Positions 16,868-26,042 of a stretch of DNA of 35,413 nt are shown piece by piece. Position 1 is the first letter of the stretch; every line of letters begins with the position of its first letter. Both the position numbers and the translations under genes were made by a program. Origin of the DNA: Candidatus Methylomirabilota bacterium (GTDB taxonomy: Bacteria; Methylomirabilota; Methylomirabilia; Rokubacteriales; CSP1-6); assembly GCA_035260865.1 (NCBI GenBank), contig DATFUK010000259.1:1-35413 (forward strand). Direction: 5' to 3'. Below the pieces are notes generated by a model. That model did not search any database and was not told the DNA's origin. It saw nothing but the letters and a program-made list of their open reading frames with translations.

Positions 16868-17644
16868 ATGGCCACCAACGGAGGATTCGTCCGCCTCGAC
16901 CGCGACGGTGGCGTCGCCTGGGTCACCCTCGACCGGCCGCCGCTGAACCTGATCGTGCCCGAGATGGTCGAGGGGATCCGCGCCACGTTCGACGCGCTCC
17001 GGCGCGACGCGACGGTGCGGGCCGCGGTCATCACCGGCGCGGGGCGCGCCGCCACCGGGGGCATGCAGCTCCAGGTCCTGCGCGAGCTCGACCCGGGCAC
17101 CGCCCGCGCGTTCATCGCGAGCCTCCACGAGGCGATCAACTTGGTGCACGAGGCGCCCTTCCCCACCGTGTGCATGATCAACGGGGCGTGCCTGGGGGCG
17201 GGCTTCGAGCTGGCGATGGCCTGCGACCTGCGCACCGCGGCCGCGGGCGCCCTGCTGGGCCTGCCCGAGATCCGGGTGGGCATTCCGTCGGTGATCGAGG
17301 CGGCGCTCCTGCCCGGCATGGTCGGGCCGGGGCGGGCCGCGGAAATCTTGCTGACCGGCGATCCGATCACCGCGGAGCAGGCGCTCGCGTGGGGGCTCGT
17401 GAACCGGGTCGCGCCGCCCGCCGGGCTGCGCGCGGTGACCGCGGAGCTGGTCGGGCGCATCGTCGAGTGCGCGCCCACCGCGGTGCGCCTGCAGAAGGAG
17501 CTGATCGTGCGCTGGCGCAACACCGATCAGCGGACCGCGGTCGAGTACGGGATCAACGCGTTCGGCCAGTCCTTCACCACCGGCGAGCCCCGCGAGGCCA
17601 TGGACGCGTACCTCGGCAAGCGCAAGCCCCGCTTCGCTTCGTGA
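16868..17644 (+). CDS. Enoyl-CoA hydratase/isomerase (crotonase) family protein
   Basis: ATG 16868 is preceded by AGGGAGA. The crotonase fold motifs are GAGFELAMACDLR and LGLPEIRVGIP, with both catalytic Glu positions present. The ORF-track start at 16820 is probably too far upstream. Confidence 0.85.
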   Translation: MATNGGFVRLDRDGGVAWVTLDRPPLNLIVPEMVEGIRATFDALRRDATVRAAVITGAGRAATGGMQLQVLRELDPGTARAFIASLHEAINLVHEAPFPTVCMINGACLGAGFELAMACDLRTAAAGALLGLPEIRVGIPSVIEAALLPGMVGPGRAAEILLTGDPITAEQALAWGLVNRVAPPAGLRAVTAELVGRIVECAPTAVRLQKELIVRWRNTDQRTAVEYGINAFGQSFTTGEPREAMDAYLGKRKPRFAS

Positions 17645-18396
17645 TTCGCCTCGTCACGTTCGACTTCTGGGACACCCTCGTCACCGATTCCCCCGAGAAC
17701 CTCCGGGCCCAGCGCGCCCTGCGCGTGGCCGCGATCCGGCGCGCGCTGGACGACGCGGGCGCCCCGGTGAGCGAGACGGAGGCGGAGGACATCCACGAGC
17801 GCTCGGGCATGGCCCTAACCGAGCGCTTCTGGAGCCGGAACCGCGACCCGAGCCCCGAGGAGCAGCTCCGGATCGTGCTGGATGTCGGGCGGGCCGGCGT
17901 GGCGGCGCGGCTCGATCCGGACGCGTTCGCGGCGGCGCTCCACCGCTACATCAGCCCGGTGCTGGCGTATCCCCCCGACCTCTGCCCGGGCGTGGAGCGC
18001 GCGGTGCGGGAGCTGGCCGCGCGGGGCGTGAGCCTCGGCATCGTGTCGAACACCGGGCGCACCCCCGGGCTGATCCTGCGCCGGGTGCTCGAGCGACACG
18101 GGGTGCTGGGCTACTTCGGAGCCATCTCCTACTCCGACGAGGTCGGCTACCGCAAGCCGGAGGCGAAGATCTTCCACGTCACGCTGGAACGGGCCGGCGT
18201 GCGGCCGGACGAGGCGCTACACATCGGCGACAACCCGGACGCCGACGTGGTCGGGGCCCACGGGGTCGGCATGCTCGCCGCACACTACACGGCGGGCTTC
18301 CGCCGGCCGTCGGCCGAGGCCGATCTCCGGATCCCGGACCTCGCGATGCTCTCCGACGAGGTTTTTCGGATTGCGCCTCGGAAGCTCGGCGAGTAA
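17641..18396 (+). CDS. HAD-superfamily hydrolase
   Basis: GTG 17641 overlaps the upstream stop (GTGA). HAD motif I is FDFWDTL, motif II is VSNTG, and motifs III/IV are YRKP...GDNPDADV. Confidence 0.8.
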   Translation: MIRLVTFDFWDTLVTDSPENLRAQRALRVAAIRRALDDAGAPVSETEAEDIHERSGMALTERFWSRNRDPSPEEQLRIVLDVGRAGVAARLDPDAFAAALHRYISPVLAYPPDLCPGVERAVRELAARGVSLGIVSNTGRTPGLILRRVLERHGVLGYFGAISYSDEVGYRKPEAKIFHVTLERAGVRPDEALHIGDNPDADVVGAHGVGMLAAHYTAGFRRPSAEADLRIPDLAMLSDEVFRIAPRKLGE

Positions 18397-18397
18397 C

Positions 18398-18940
18398 ATG
18401 CCAGCCGCCATGGACGTCGATGAGCTCCGCGCAAAGATCCGCGACATCAAGGATTTCCCGACCGAGGGCATCCTCTTCAAGGACATCACCACGCTGCTCA
18501 AGGACGGGCCGGCCTGGGCGTCCGTGATCGACCACCTGGCGGCCCGCTACCACACCGCGCGGGTGGATCTCGTGGTGGGGGTGGAGTCGCGAGGCTTCAT
18601 CTTCGGGGGCGCGCTCGCGCACCAGCTCAAGGCCGGGTTCGTGCCGGTGCGCAAACGGGGCAAGCTGCCCGCGCCCACGATCGAGGAGGAGTACGAGCTC
18701 GAGTACGGGCGTGACGTCCTGGCCATCCACCAGGACGCGGTCAGAAAGGGCCAGCGCGTGCTGGTGGTGGACGACCTGCTCGCCACCGGGGGGACCATGG
18801 CCGCGACGTTCAAGCTGCTGACCCGTCTCGAGGCGACCGTGATCGGCGCTGCGTTCCTGATCGAGCTGGCCTTCCTCAAGGGACGGGCGCGGCTCGCCAG
18901 CGCCGGCCACCGGATCGACTCCTTGATCGTCTACGACTAG
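18398..18940 (+). CDS. apt: Adenine phosphoribosyltransferase
   Basis: IRDIKDFPTEGILFKDIT, VGVESRGFIFG and the PRPP-binding loop VLVVDDLLATGGT are canonical Apt motifs. ATG 18398 lies 1 nt after the HAD stop; ATG 18410 is an alternative start. Confidence 0.9.
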   Translation: MPAAMDVDELRAKIRDIKDFPTEGILFKDITTLLKDGPAWASVIDHLAARYHTARVDLVVGVESRGFIFGGALAHQLKAGFVPVRKRGKLPAPTIEEEYELEYGRDVLAIHQDAVRKGQRVLVVDDLLATGGTMAATFKLLTRLEATVIGAAFLIELAFLKGRARLASAGHRIDSLIVYD

Positions 18941-18981
18941 GCGGCCGCAAGTGGTTGTATGATGGGGCCCGGAGGCGATCC

Positions 18982-19329
18982 ATGACCGAGCGCACGTGGC
19001 TGGGAGCGATGGTGATGGTGGTGGCGGGCCTGGCGGTTCCCGCGGGTCTGGGGGCGGCCGAGCCCGAGCAGAAGGCGGCGGCGCCCCTCATCCTGAACCT
19101 GATGAACCGCCCCGTGGAGTCCCGCGAGCGGGCCTACACCGAGGACATCAAGCGTGACGCGCTGGCGCCCCGTCCGTCGGGCGTCGACGAGTGGGAGCCG
19201 CAGCCGGACGGCTCGATGCGCAACAAGAAGACCGGGATCAGCGTGAGGGTCATGAACCCGTGCCCGGCCGGCGACATCGACCACGAGTTCGCGCTGGCCG
19301 CGTACAACCGGTCGCGCTCCCGCCGCTGA
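18982..19329 (+). CDS. Small secreted protein of unknown function
   Basis: ATG 18982 is preceded by GGAGG (18971-18975). The signal peptide is MTERTWLGAMVMVVAGLAVPAGLGAAEP. The mature part is charged, with no motif I recognise. Its third-position GC bias resembles the neighbouring genes. Confidence 0.55.
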   Translation: MTERTWLGAMVMVVAGLAVPAGLGAAEPEQKAAAPLILNLMNRPVESRERAYTEDIKRDALAPRPSGVDEWEPQPDGSMRNKKTGISVRVMNPCPAGDIDHEFALAAYNRSRSRR

Positions 19330-19363
19330 TCGTCGAGCAGATCCCTACCATTCGAGGCTGACC

Positions 19364-19387
19364 CCGTCTCCGGGCGACCGGAGACGG
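19364..19387 (+). terminator. GC-rich hairpin with GNRA tetraloop (CCGTCTCCGG-GCGA-CCGGAGACGG); possible terminator or RNA-stability element
   Basis: A perfect 10-bp stem read directly from the sequence, 35 nt after the stop at 19329 and 22 nt before the hbd ATG. No U-tract follows it. Confidence 0.3.
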
Positions 19388-19409
19388 CCGTGATCGGGAG
19401 ACACCAGGC

Positions 19410-20264
19410 ATGGCCATACGGAACGTCGGGGTGCTGGGCTGTGGTCTGATGGGATCGGGCATCGTCCAGGTGGCCGCGCAGGCCGGCTTCCCGACGGTGG
19501 TGGCGGAGGCGACCCAGGAGCTGCTCGACCGCGGGCTCGGCGGACTCCGTAAGAATCTCGACGCGCTGGTGGCCAAGGCGCGCATGGACGAGAAGACCCG
19601 CGATGAGGTCCTCGGCCGGATCAAAGGCGTGGTGGGGCTCGAGGGCTTCCGCGACTGCGATCTCGTGATCGAGGCGATCACCGAGAACCAGCCGCTCAAG
19701 AACGAGACCTTCGCCAAGCTCGACCGCATCTGCCCGCCGCACGCGCTGCTGGCGTCCAACACGTCGTCCTGCAACATCACCGCGATGGCCGCGGCGACGA
19801 AGCGGCCCGGCCAGGTGCTGGGCCTGCACTTCTTCAACCCGGTCCCGCTCATGAAGCTGGTGGAGGTCGTCCAGACGATCCTCACCGACGAGAAGAGCGT
19901 GCTCGCGGCCTACGAGTGGGTGCAGGGGGTCGGCAAGGTCGCGGTGCGGGCCAAGGACTCGACCGCCTTCATCGTGAACCGCCTGCTCGTGCCCTACCTG
20001 CTCGACGCCATCCGCGTCTACGAGGGCGGCCTGGCCTCGCTGGAAGACATCGACCAGGCCATGAAGCTCGGCTGCGGCTACCCGATGGGCCCATTCACCC
20101 TGCTCGACCTGGTGGGCCTCGACACGACCATGTACGTGGCCGAGGTCATGTTCGACGAGTACCGGGAGCCCCGCTACGCGCCCCCACCGCTGCTGAAGCG
20201 GATGGTCATGGCCGGCCAGCTCGGGCGGAAATCCGGCAAGGGGTTCTACAGCTACTCGAAATGA
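19410..20264 (+). CDS. hbd: 3-hydroxybutyryl-CoA / 3-hydroxyacyl-CoA dehydrogenase (NAD-binding)
   Basis: N-terminal Rossmann motif VGVLGCGLMGSGI, plus SNTSS, HFFNPVPLMKLVE and the C-terminal GRKSGKGFY, typical of the Hbd/HADH family. Confidence 0.9.
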   Translation: MAIRNVGVLGCGLMGSGIVQVAAQAGFPTVVAEATQELLDRGLGGLRKNLDALVAKARMDEKTRDEVLGRIKGVVGLEGFRDCDLVIEAITENQPLKNETFAKLDRICPPHALLASNTSSCNITAMAAATKRPGQVLGLHFFNPVPLMKLVEVVQTILTDEKSVLAAYEWVQGVGKVAVRAKDSTAFIVNRLLVPYLLDAIRVYEGGLASLEDIDQAMKLGCGYPMGPFTLLDLVGLDTTMYVAEVMFDEYREPRYAPPPLLKRMVMAGQLGRKSGKGFYSYSK

Positions 20265-21412
20265 GCCAGCTCTACTACCTGACCGACGAGCAGCGGGCCG
20301 TCCGCGACCTCGCCCGGGAGATCGCGCGCGAGCGCATCGCCCCGCTCGCGGCCCACGTCGACGAGACCGGCGAGTACCCGCACGAGCAGCTCAAGCTCCT
20401 GGGCCAGCAGGGCTTGATGGGGCTGCACATCCCGGAGGCCTACGGCGGCACCGCGTCGGGCTCGCTCGCCTTCTGCCTGGCCGCCGAGGAGGTGGCCTGG
20501 GCCTGTGCGTCCACCGCCACCATCTTCCTGGTCCAGAACCTCGGCGGCTACCCGATCATCTTCGCGGGCAGCGAGGAGCAGAAGCGGCGCTACCTGCCGA
20601 AGCTGGCCAGCGGCGAGATGACCGCGGCCTTCTCGCTCTCGGAGCCCGGCGCGGGCTCCGACGCGGCGGCGATGACCTGCCGGGCCGTCCGCAAAGGCGA
20701 CCGCTACGTGCTGAACGGCGCCAAGATGTGGGTGACCAACGGCTCGCACGCCGGCGTCATCACCGTGTTCGTCACCACCGAGCCCGGCAAGCGGGCCAAG
20801 GGAGTGACCGCGCTGCTGATCGAGCCCGGCCTCAAGGGCTTCACGGTGGGCAAGCCGGAGCGCAAGCTCGGCATCCACGGCTCGCCCACGGTGGCGCTCC
20901 ACTTCACCGACTGCGAGGTCCCGGTGGAGAACCGCCTCGGGGCGGAAGGCGAGGGCTTCAAGGTCGCGATGAAGACCCTCGAGCAGTCGCGGCCCACCAT
21001 CGGGGCGCAGGCGGTCGGCATCGCCCAGGCCGCGCTCGACGCCTCGGTGGCCTACGCCAAGGAGCGGCGCGCCTTCGATCGGCCGATCGCCGCGTTCCAG
21101 GGCATCCAGTTCATGCTCGCCGACATGGCGATCGCGGTGCACGCCTCGCGCCTCGTGGTCCACCACGCGGCCGCGCTGATCGATCACGGGATCACCGGCG
21201 CCGCGCTCGAGTCCTCGGCGGCCAAGTGCCTGGCCTCGGACACCGCGATGAAGGCGGCCACCGACGCGGTGCAGATCCTGGGCGGCTACGGCTACACCCG
21301 GGAATTTCCGGTGGAGCGCTTCATGCGCGACGCCAAGATCACCCAGATCTACGAGGGCACGAACCAGATCCAGCGGGTGGTCATCGCCCAGCAGCTCCTG
21401 GGCAAGTCCTGA
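20261..21412 (+). CDS. Acyl-CoA dehydrogenase (short/medium-chain type)
   Basis: ATG 20261 overlaps the hbd stop (ATGA). Motifs are AFSLSEPGAGSD, KMWVTNG, QILGGYGYTREFPVERFMRDAKITQIYEGTNQIQ, with the catalytic Glu in YEGT. Confidence 0.9.
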   Translation: MSQLYYLTDEQRAVRDLAREIARERIAPLAAHVDETGEYPHEQLKLLGQQGLMGLHIPEAYGGTASGSLAFCLAAEEVAWACASTATIFLVQNLGGYPIIFAGSEEQKRRYLPKLASGEMTAAFSLSEPGAGSDAAAMTCRAVRKGDRYVLNGAKMWVTNGSHAGVITVFVTTEPGKRAKGVTALLIEPGLKGFTVGKPERKLGIHGSPTVALHFTDCEVPVENRLGAEGEGFKVAMKTLEQSRPTIGAQAVGIAQAALDASVAYAKERRAFDRPIAAFQGIQFMLADMAIAVHASRLVVHHAAALIDHGITGAALESSAAKCLASDTAMKAATDAVQILGGYGYTREFPVERFMRDAKITQIYEGTNQIQRVVIAQQLLGKS

Positions 21413-21455
21413 GACGTCAATTCGGCCCCATGGGCCAATCCAACGGGGGATCTCG

Positions 21456-22736
21456 ATGAGCGATCGTCGCCAGCCACGCGTGCATCGCCGCACCTTTCTC
21501 AAGGCCGCCGGGACCGCCGCGGGCGCCGCCGCGCTCGGCTTCCCCGCCGTGCTGCGCGCCCAGGCCCCGACGCTGAAGGTGGGCGTCGTGCACCCGATCA
21601 CGGGCCCGCTCGCCGAGCCCGGCCAGGCGTGCCGGCTCGGGGCGCAGATGGCCGCCGACGCCATCAACGCGGCGGGCGGCATCAAGTCGCTCAACGGGGT
21701 GAAGCTCGAGCTGGTCCTGGGGGACACCCAGACCAAGCCCGAGCTCGGGCGGACCGAGGCGGAGCGGGTGATCAACCAGGGCGCCCAGATGCTGATGGGT
21801 TCCTTCGACTCCGGCTCGACCGCATCGATGGTGCCGGTGGTCCAGCAGCGCCGGATCCCGTTCCTGGTGGACATCGCGGCCGCCGACCCGATCACCGCGA
21901 ACGTGGCCAACGCGGTGAAGGAGGGGAAGCAGAAGACCCAGTACGTGTACCGCAACTTCCCCACCGGCTCCTCGTTCGGGCGCAAGGCGGTGCAGTACTT
22001 CACCGAAGTCTTCCAGGAAGCGAAGGTGTCACCCAAGCGGGTGGTGCTGATGTACTGCAACGACCTCTTCGGCCAGAACAACGCCAAGGGGTTCCAGGCC
22101 GCGCACGCGGCGGCCAAGCCCTCGTGGGATATCGTGGACGTCATCCCGTGGCCCGAGCCCCCGCAGGATCTCTCCACCGAGGTTTCCCGCGCCAAGGCGG
22201 CCAAGCCCGACATCATCGCGCCGATCACGCGGCCGGCCAGCGCCCAGCTCCTCCTGCCCGAGATCCGCAAGCAGCGGGTGGAGGTGATGGGCATCGTCGG
22301 CCCGGGCAGCCCGGGGCTTTACGAGGCGGGGCAGCTCGCGGTCCTCAAGGAGGATCTCGACTACGTGATGAGCAGCCTGCCGTGGGCGAACTTCAAGAAC
22401 CCGCGCACGCAGGCGGTCGCCGCGGACTACCTGAAGCGGTCGAACGGCAAGACCTTCGACACCAACTCGGGCTACTCCTACGACGGCATGATGCTGATCG
22501 CGGACGTCCTCGAGCGCGCCAAGTCCACCGATCCCGACGCGATCGTGGAGGCCCTCCGCACGTCGAACTGGTCGGGCGGGCTCATGCAGTACGCGGGGCC
22601 GGTGGTGTTCAACGAGATCGGGGACAATCCGAACGCGGTCACCACCATGATCCAGATCCTCGCGGGCAAGCCGGTGGCGGTCTGGCCGCGGGAGGCCGCG
22701 GTCTCGAAGTTCGTCTTCCCGCGCCCCAAGGCATAG
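21456..22736 (+). CDS. ABC transporter substrate-binding protein, LivJ/HAAT family, Tat-type signal
   Basis: The RRTFLKAAGTAAGAAALGFPAVLRAQA signal carries the twin-arginine consensus. The mature start LKVGVVHPITGPLA is typical of type-I periplasmic binding proteins of the branched-chain amino acid family. Confidence 0.85.
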   Translation: MSDRRQPRVHRRTFLKAAGTAAGAAALGFPAVLRAQAPTLKVGVVHPITGPLAEPGQACRLGAQMAADAINAAGGIKSLNGVKLELVLGDTQTKPELGRTEAERVINQGAQMLMGSFDSGSTASMVPVVQQRRIPFLVDIAAADPITANVANAVKEGKQKTQYVYRNFPTGSSFGRKAVQYFTEVFQEAKVSPKRVVLMYCNDLFGQNNAKGFQAAHAAAKPSWDIVDVIPWPEPPQDLSTEVSRAKAAKPDIIAPITRPASAQLLLPEIRKQRVEVMGIVGPGSPGLYEAGQLAVLKEDLDYVMSSLPWANFKNPRTQAVAADYLKRSNGKTFDTNSGYSYDGMMLIADVLERAKSTDPDAIVEALRTSNWSGGLMQYAGPVVFNEIGDNPNAVTTMIQILAGKPVAVWPREAAVSKFVFPRPKA

Positions 22737-22742
22737 CGGCCC

Positions 22743-23615
22743 CTGGATCCGGCGCTCGTCGCCCAGGGCCTGCTGAGCGGCCTGCTGTTCGGAGGCGTCT
22801 ACAGCCTCATGGCGGTGGGACTCACCCTGATCTTCGGGGTGATGCGCGTGGTCAACTTCGCCCACGGCGACATGATGGTCTGGGGCATGTACCTGGCCTG
22901 GATCCTCTCCACCCGGGCCGGGATCGATCCCTACGTGGGTTTCGTCGCCTGCGCGGGCGCGCTCTTCCTGATGGGCTGGGTCACCCAGCGCCTGCTCGTG
23001 GACCGCATCGTGGACGCGCCCCACGAGATGCAGATCTTGTTGATGCTGGGCGTCGCCCTCGTGCTCGAGAACGCGGCCCTGATGGCCTTCGGGCCGGATC
23101 CCCAGCGGGTGCGCTCGCCGCTGCGGGCGGCCACCATCTGGCTCGGCCCGGTCTTCGTGGACGTGGCCCGGCTGGTGACCTTCGCGCTGGCCATGGTGCT
23201 CACCCTCGCGCTCTATCTCTTCCTCACCCGCACCGATCTCGGCCGCACCATGCGCGCGGCCGCCGACAATGCCTACGGCGCGCTCGTGATCGGCACCGAC
23301 GTGCGGCGGGTCTACGCGGCCGCCTTCGGTATCGGGGCCGCATGCGTGGGCGCGGCGGGCGCGCTCGTCTCGCCGATCCTGCCCTTCCAGCCCGCGGGCG
23401 GGCTCTCGCTGTCGGTGGCCTCGTTCAATATCGTGATCATCGGCGGCATGGGGAGCCTGCCCGGCGCGTTCCTCGGCGGCCTGCTGGTGTCGGTGGCCGA
23501 ATCGCTGGGCGCGGTGTTCCTGAGCCCGTCCATGAAGGAGCTGGTGAGCTTCTCGCTGCTGATCGTGATCCTCCTCTTCCGTCCGGCGGGGCTCTTCGGG
23601 AAGACCGCCGCGTGA
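22743..23615 (+). CDS. HAAT-family ABC permease (LivH-type); probable CTG start
   Basis: The conserved LivH N-terminus (ALVAQGLLSGLLFGGVYSLMAVGLTLIFGVMRVVNFAHGD) begins upstream of the first ATG (22809). The frame opens directly after the TAG stop of the binding-protein gene. The only start-like codon there is CTG 22743, with AAGG 12 nt upstream. Confidence 0.8.
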   Translation: MDPALVAQGLLSGLLFGGVYSLMAVGLTLIFGVMRVVNFAHGDMMVWGMYLAWILSTRAGIDPYVGFVACAGALFLMGWVTQRLLVDRIVDAPHEMQILLMLGVALVLENAALMAFGPDPQRVRSPLRAATIWLGPVFVDVARLVTFALAMVLTLALYLFLTRTDLGRTMRAAADNAYGALVIGTDVRRVYAAAFGIGAACVGAAGALVSPILPFQPAGGLSLSVASFNIVIIGGMGSLPGAFLGGLLVSVAESLGAVFLSPSMKELVSFSLLIVILLFRPAGLFGKTAA

Positions 23616-24559
23616 AGTGGCTCGCCGCCGCGGCGCTGCTCGTCCTCCTGCTGCTGCCCGCGGTGCTCAACTCCTACGCGGTCACCGTGTTCATCTTCAT
23701 CTTCTTCTACGCGTTCCTGGGCCAGGCGTGGAACATCGTCGGCGGCTATGCGGGGCAGCTCTCGGCCGGCCACGCCGCCTTCGTGGGGATCGGGGCCTAC
23801 GCCTCCGCGCTCCTGTCGGTGCAGGCCGGGCTCACCCCGTGGATCGGCATGCTGGTGGGGGGCCTCCTCTCGGCCGTCCTCGGCACCGTGGTCGGCTACC
23901 TGGGTTTCCGCTTCGGCCTGCGCGGCTTCTACTTCGTGCTGCTCACGGTGGCCTTCGCGGAGGTCTGCCGCATCGTGGCCCTCAACACCGACGCGGTGGG
24001 CGGGGCGCTCGGCTACTACATCACCTTCACGGGGGATCCGTGGCAGTTCCAGTTCCAGGACAACCGCGTCTATTACTATGTCGCGCTCGGGCTGATGCTG
24101 ATCGCCACCGGGATCGTGGCCGGCATCGAGCGGCGCCGCTTCGGCGCCTACCTGATCGCGATCCGCGAGGACGAGAGCGCCTGCGAGGCGCTCGGGGTGA
24201 ACACGTTTCGCTACAAGATGCTGGCGATGATCGTCTCGTCGTTCCTCACCGGGGTGGGCGGGACGTTCTACGCGTTCTACCTCTTCTCGCTGCAGCCCGG
24301 CGCGGTCTTCGGGATCCCGCTGTCGGTCGAGATCATCATCCGGCCCATCGTGGGCGGCGCGGGCACCGTGATGGGGCCGATCCTCGGCTCCTTCATCCTG
24401 AGCCCGCTCGCCGAGGCCTCGCGCGTCTACTTCGGGCAGGGAGGCTGGACCGGCGCGCACCTGATCGCCTACGGCCTCCTGCTGATCGCGGTGGTGCTCT
24501 TCCTCCCGCAGGGCGCCTACCCGGCCCTCCGCCGCCTCTGGGCCCGCGCGGCCCGATAG
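23612..24559 (+). CDS. HAAT-family ABC permease (LivM-type)
   Basis: GTG 23612 overlaps the upstream stop (GTGA). The protein is hydrophobic throughout, with GQAWNIVGGYAGQLSAGHAAF and IREDESACEALGVNT motifs typical of LivM. Confidence 0.9.
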   Translation: MKWLAAAALLVLLLLPAVLNSYAVTVFIFIFFYAFLGQAWNIVGGYAGQLSAGHAAFVGIGAYASALLSVQAGLTPWIGMLVGGLLSAVLGTVVGYLGFRFGLRGFYFVLLTVAFAEVCRIVALNTDAVGGALGYYITFTGDPWQFQFQDNRVYYYVALGLMLIATGIVAGIERRRFGAYLIAIREDESACEALGVNTFRYKMLAMIVSSFLTGVGGTFYAFYLFSLQPGAVFGIPLSVEIIIRPIVGGAGTVMGPILGSFILSPLAEASRVYFGQGGWTGAHLIAYGLLLIAVVLFLPQGAYPALRRLWARAAR

Positions 24560-24565
24560 CCCCCC

Positions 24566-25280
<715 letters not shown>

Positions 25281-25303
<23 letters not shown>

Positions 25304-25994
25304 CGGGATCGAGGTCGGCTACGGCGACCTGACCGCGGTCGGCGACGTCTCGCTCGAGGTGCGCGAGGGCGAGGCGGTGGCGCTGATCGGCGCCAACGGC
25401 GCGGGCAAGACCACCACGCTGCGCGCGGTCTCCGGCCTGCTGCCCCTCCGCCGGGGGCGCATCGAGTTCGAGGGCCAGCGGCTCGATGGGCTCACCTCCG
25501 CCCAGATCGTGGCCCGCGGCATCGCCCACGTGCCGGAGGGCCGCCAGCTCTTCCCGACGATGACCGTCCTGGAGAACCTCGAGCTGGGGGCCCGGACTCG
25601 GGCCGCGCGGTCGCGACGGGACGAGAGCCTCGGGCGGGTCTTCGACCTGTTTCCCCGGCTCCGGGAGCGGTCCGAGCAGCTGGCCGGGACCCTCTCGGGT
25701 GGCGAGCAGCAGATGTGCGCGATCGGCCGGGGGCTCATGGCCTGCCCGCGGCTACTGATGCTGGACGAGCCGAGCCTCGGCCTGGCCCCGGTCATGGTGA
25801 AGGCGATCTTTGAGGACCTCGGTCGTATTAACGTACAAGGACTGACTATTCTGCTGGTCGAGCAGAACGTCCTGCGATCCCTGCAGCTGGCCCACCGGGG
25901 CTACGTGCTCGAGAACGGCCGGGTGACCCGGTCGGGGACCGGGCCGGAGCTGCTCGCCAGCGGGCACATCAAGCAGGCGTACCTGGGGCTCTGA
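25281..25994 (+). CDS. HAAT-family ABC ATPase (LivF-type)
   Basis: ATG 25281 lies 23 nt inside the end of the previous gene and is preceded by GGCGAGGAG. Walker A is GANGAGKTT, signature LSGGEQQM, Walker B LLMLDEPSLGLAP, and the C-terminus is KQAYLGL. Confidence 0.9.
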
Positions 25995-26007
25995 GAGCGA
26001 AAACCCG

Positions 26008-26013
26008 TATAAT
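26008..26013 (+). promoter_or_regulatory. Perfect TATAAT hexamer in the 48-nt gap before the histidine kinase gene
   Basis: Read directly from the sequence, 30 nt upstream of GTG 26043. No good -35 element sits at 17 nt spacing, so this is only a candidate. Confidence 0.25.
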
Positions 26014-26042
26014 TCGTTCCGCTGCGGGCCGAGAATAGGATC

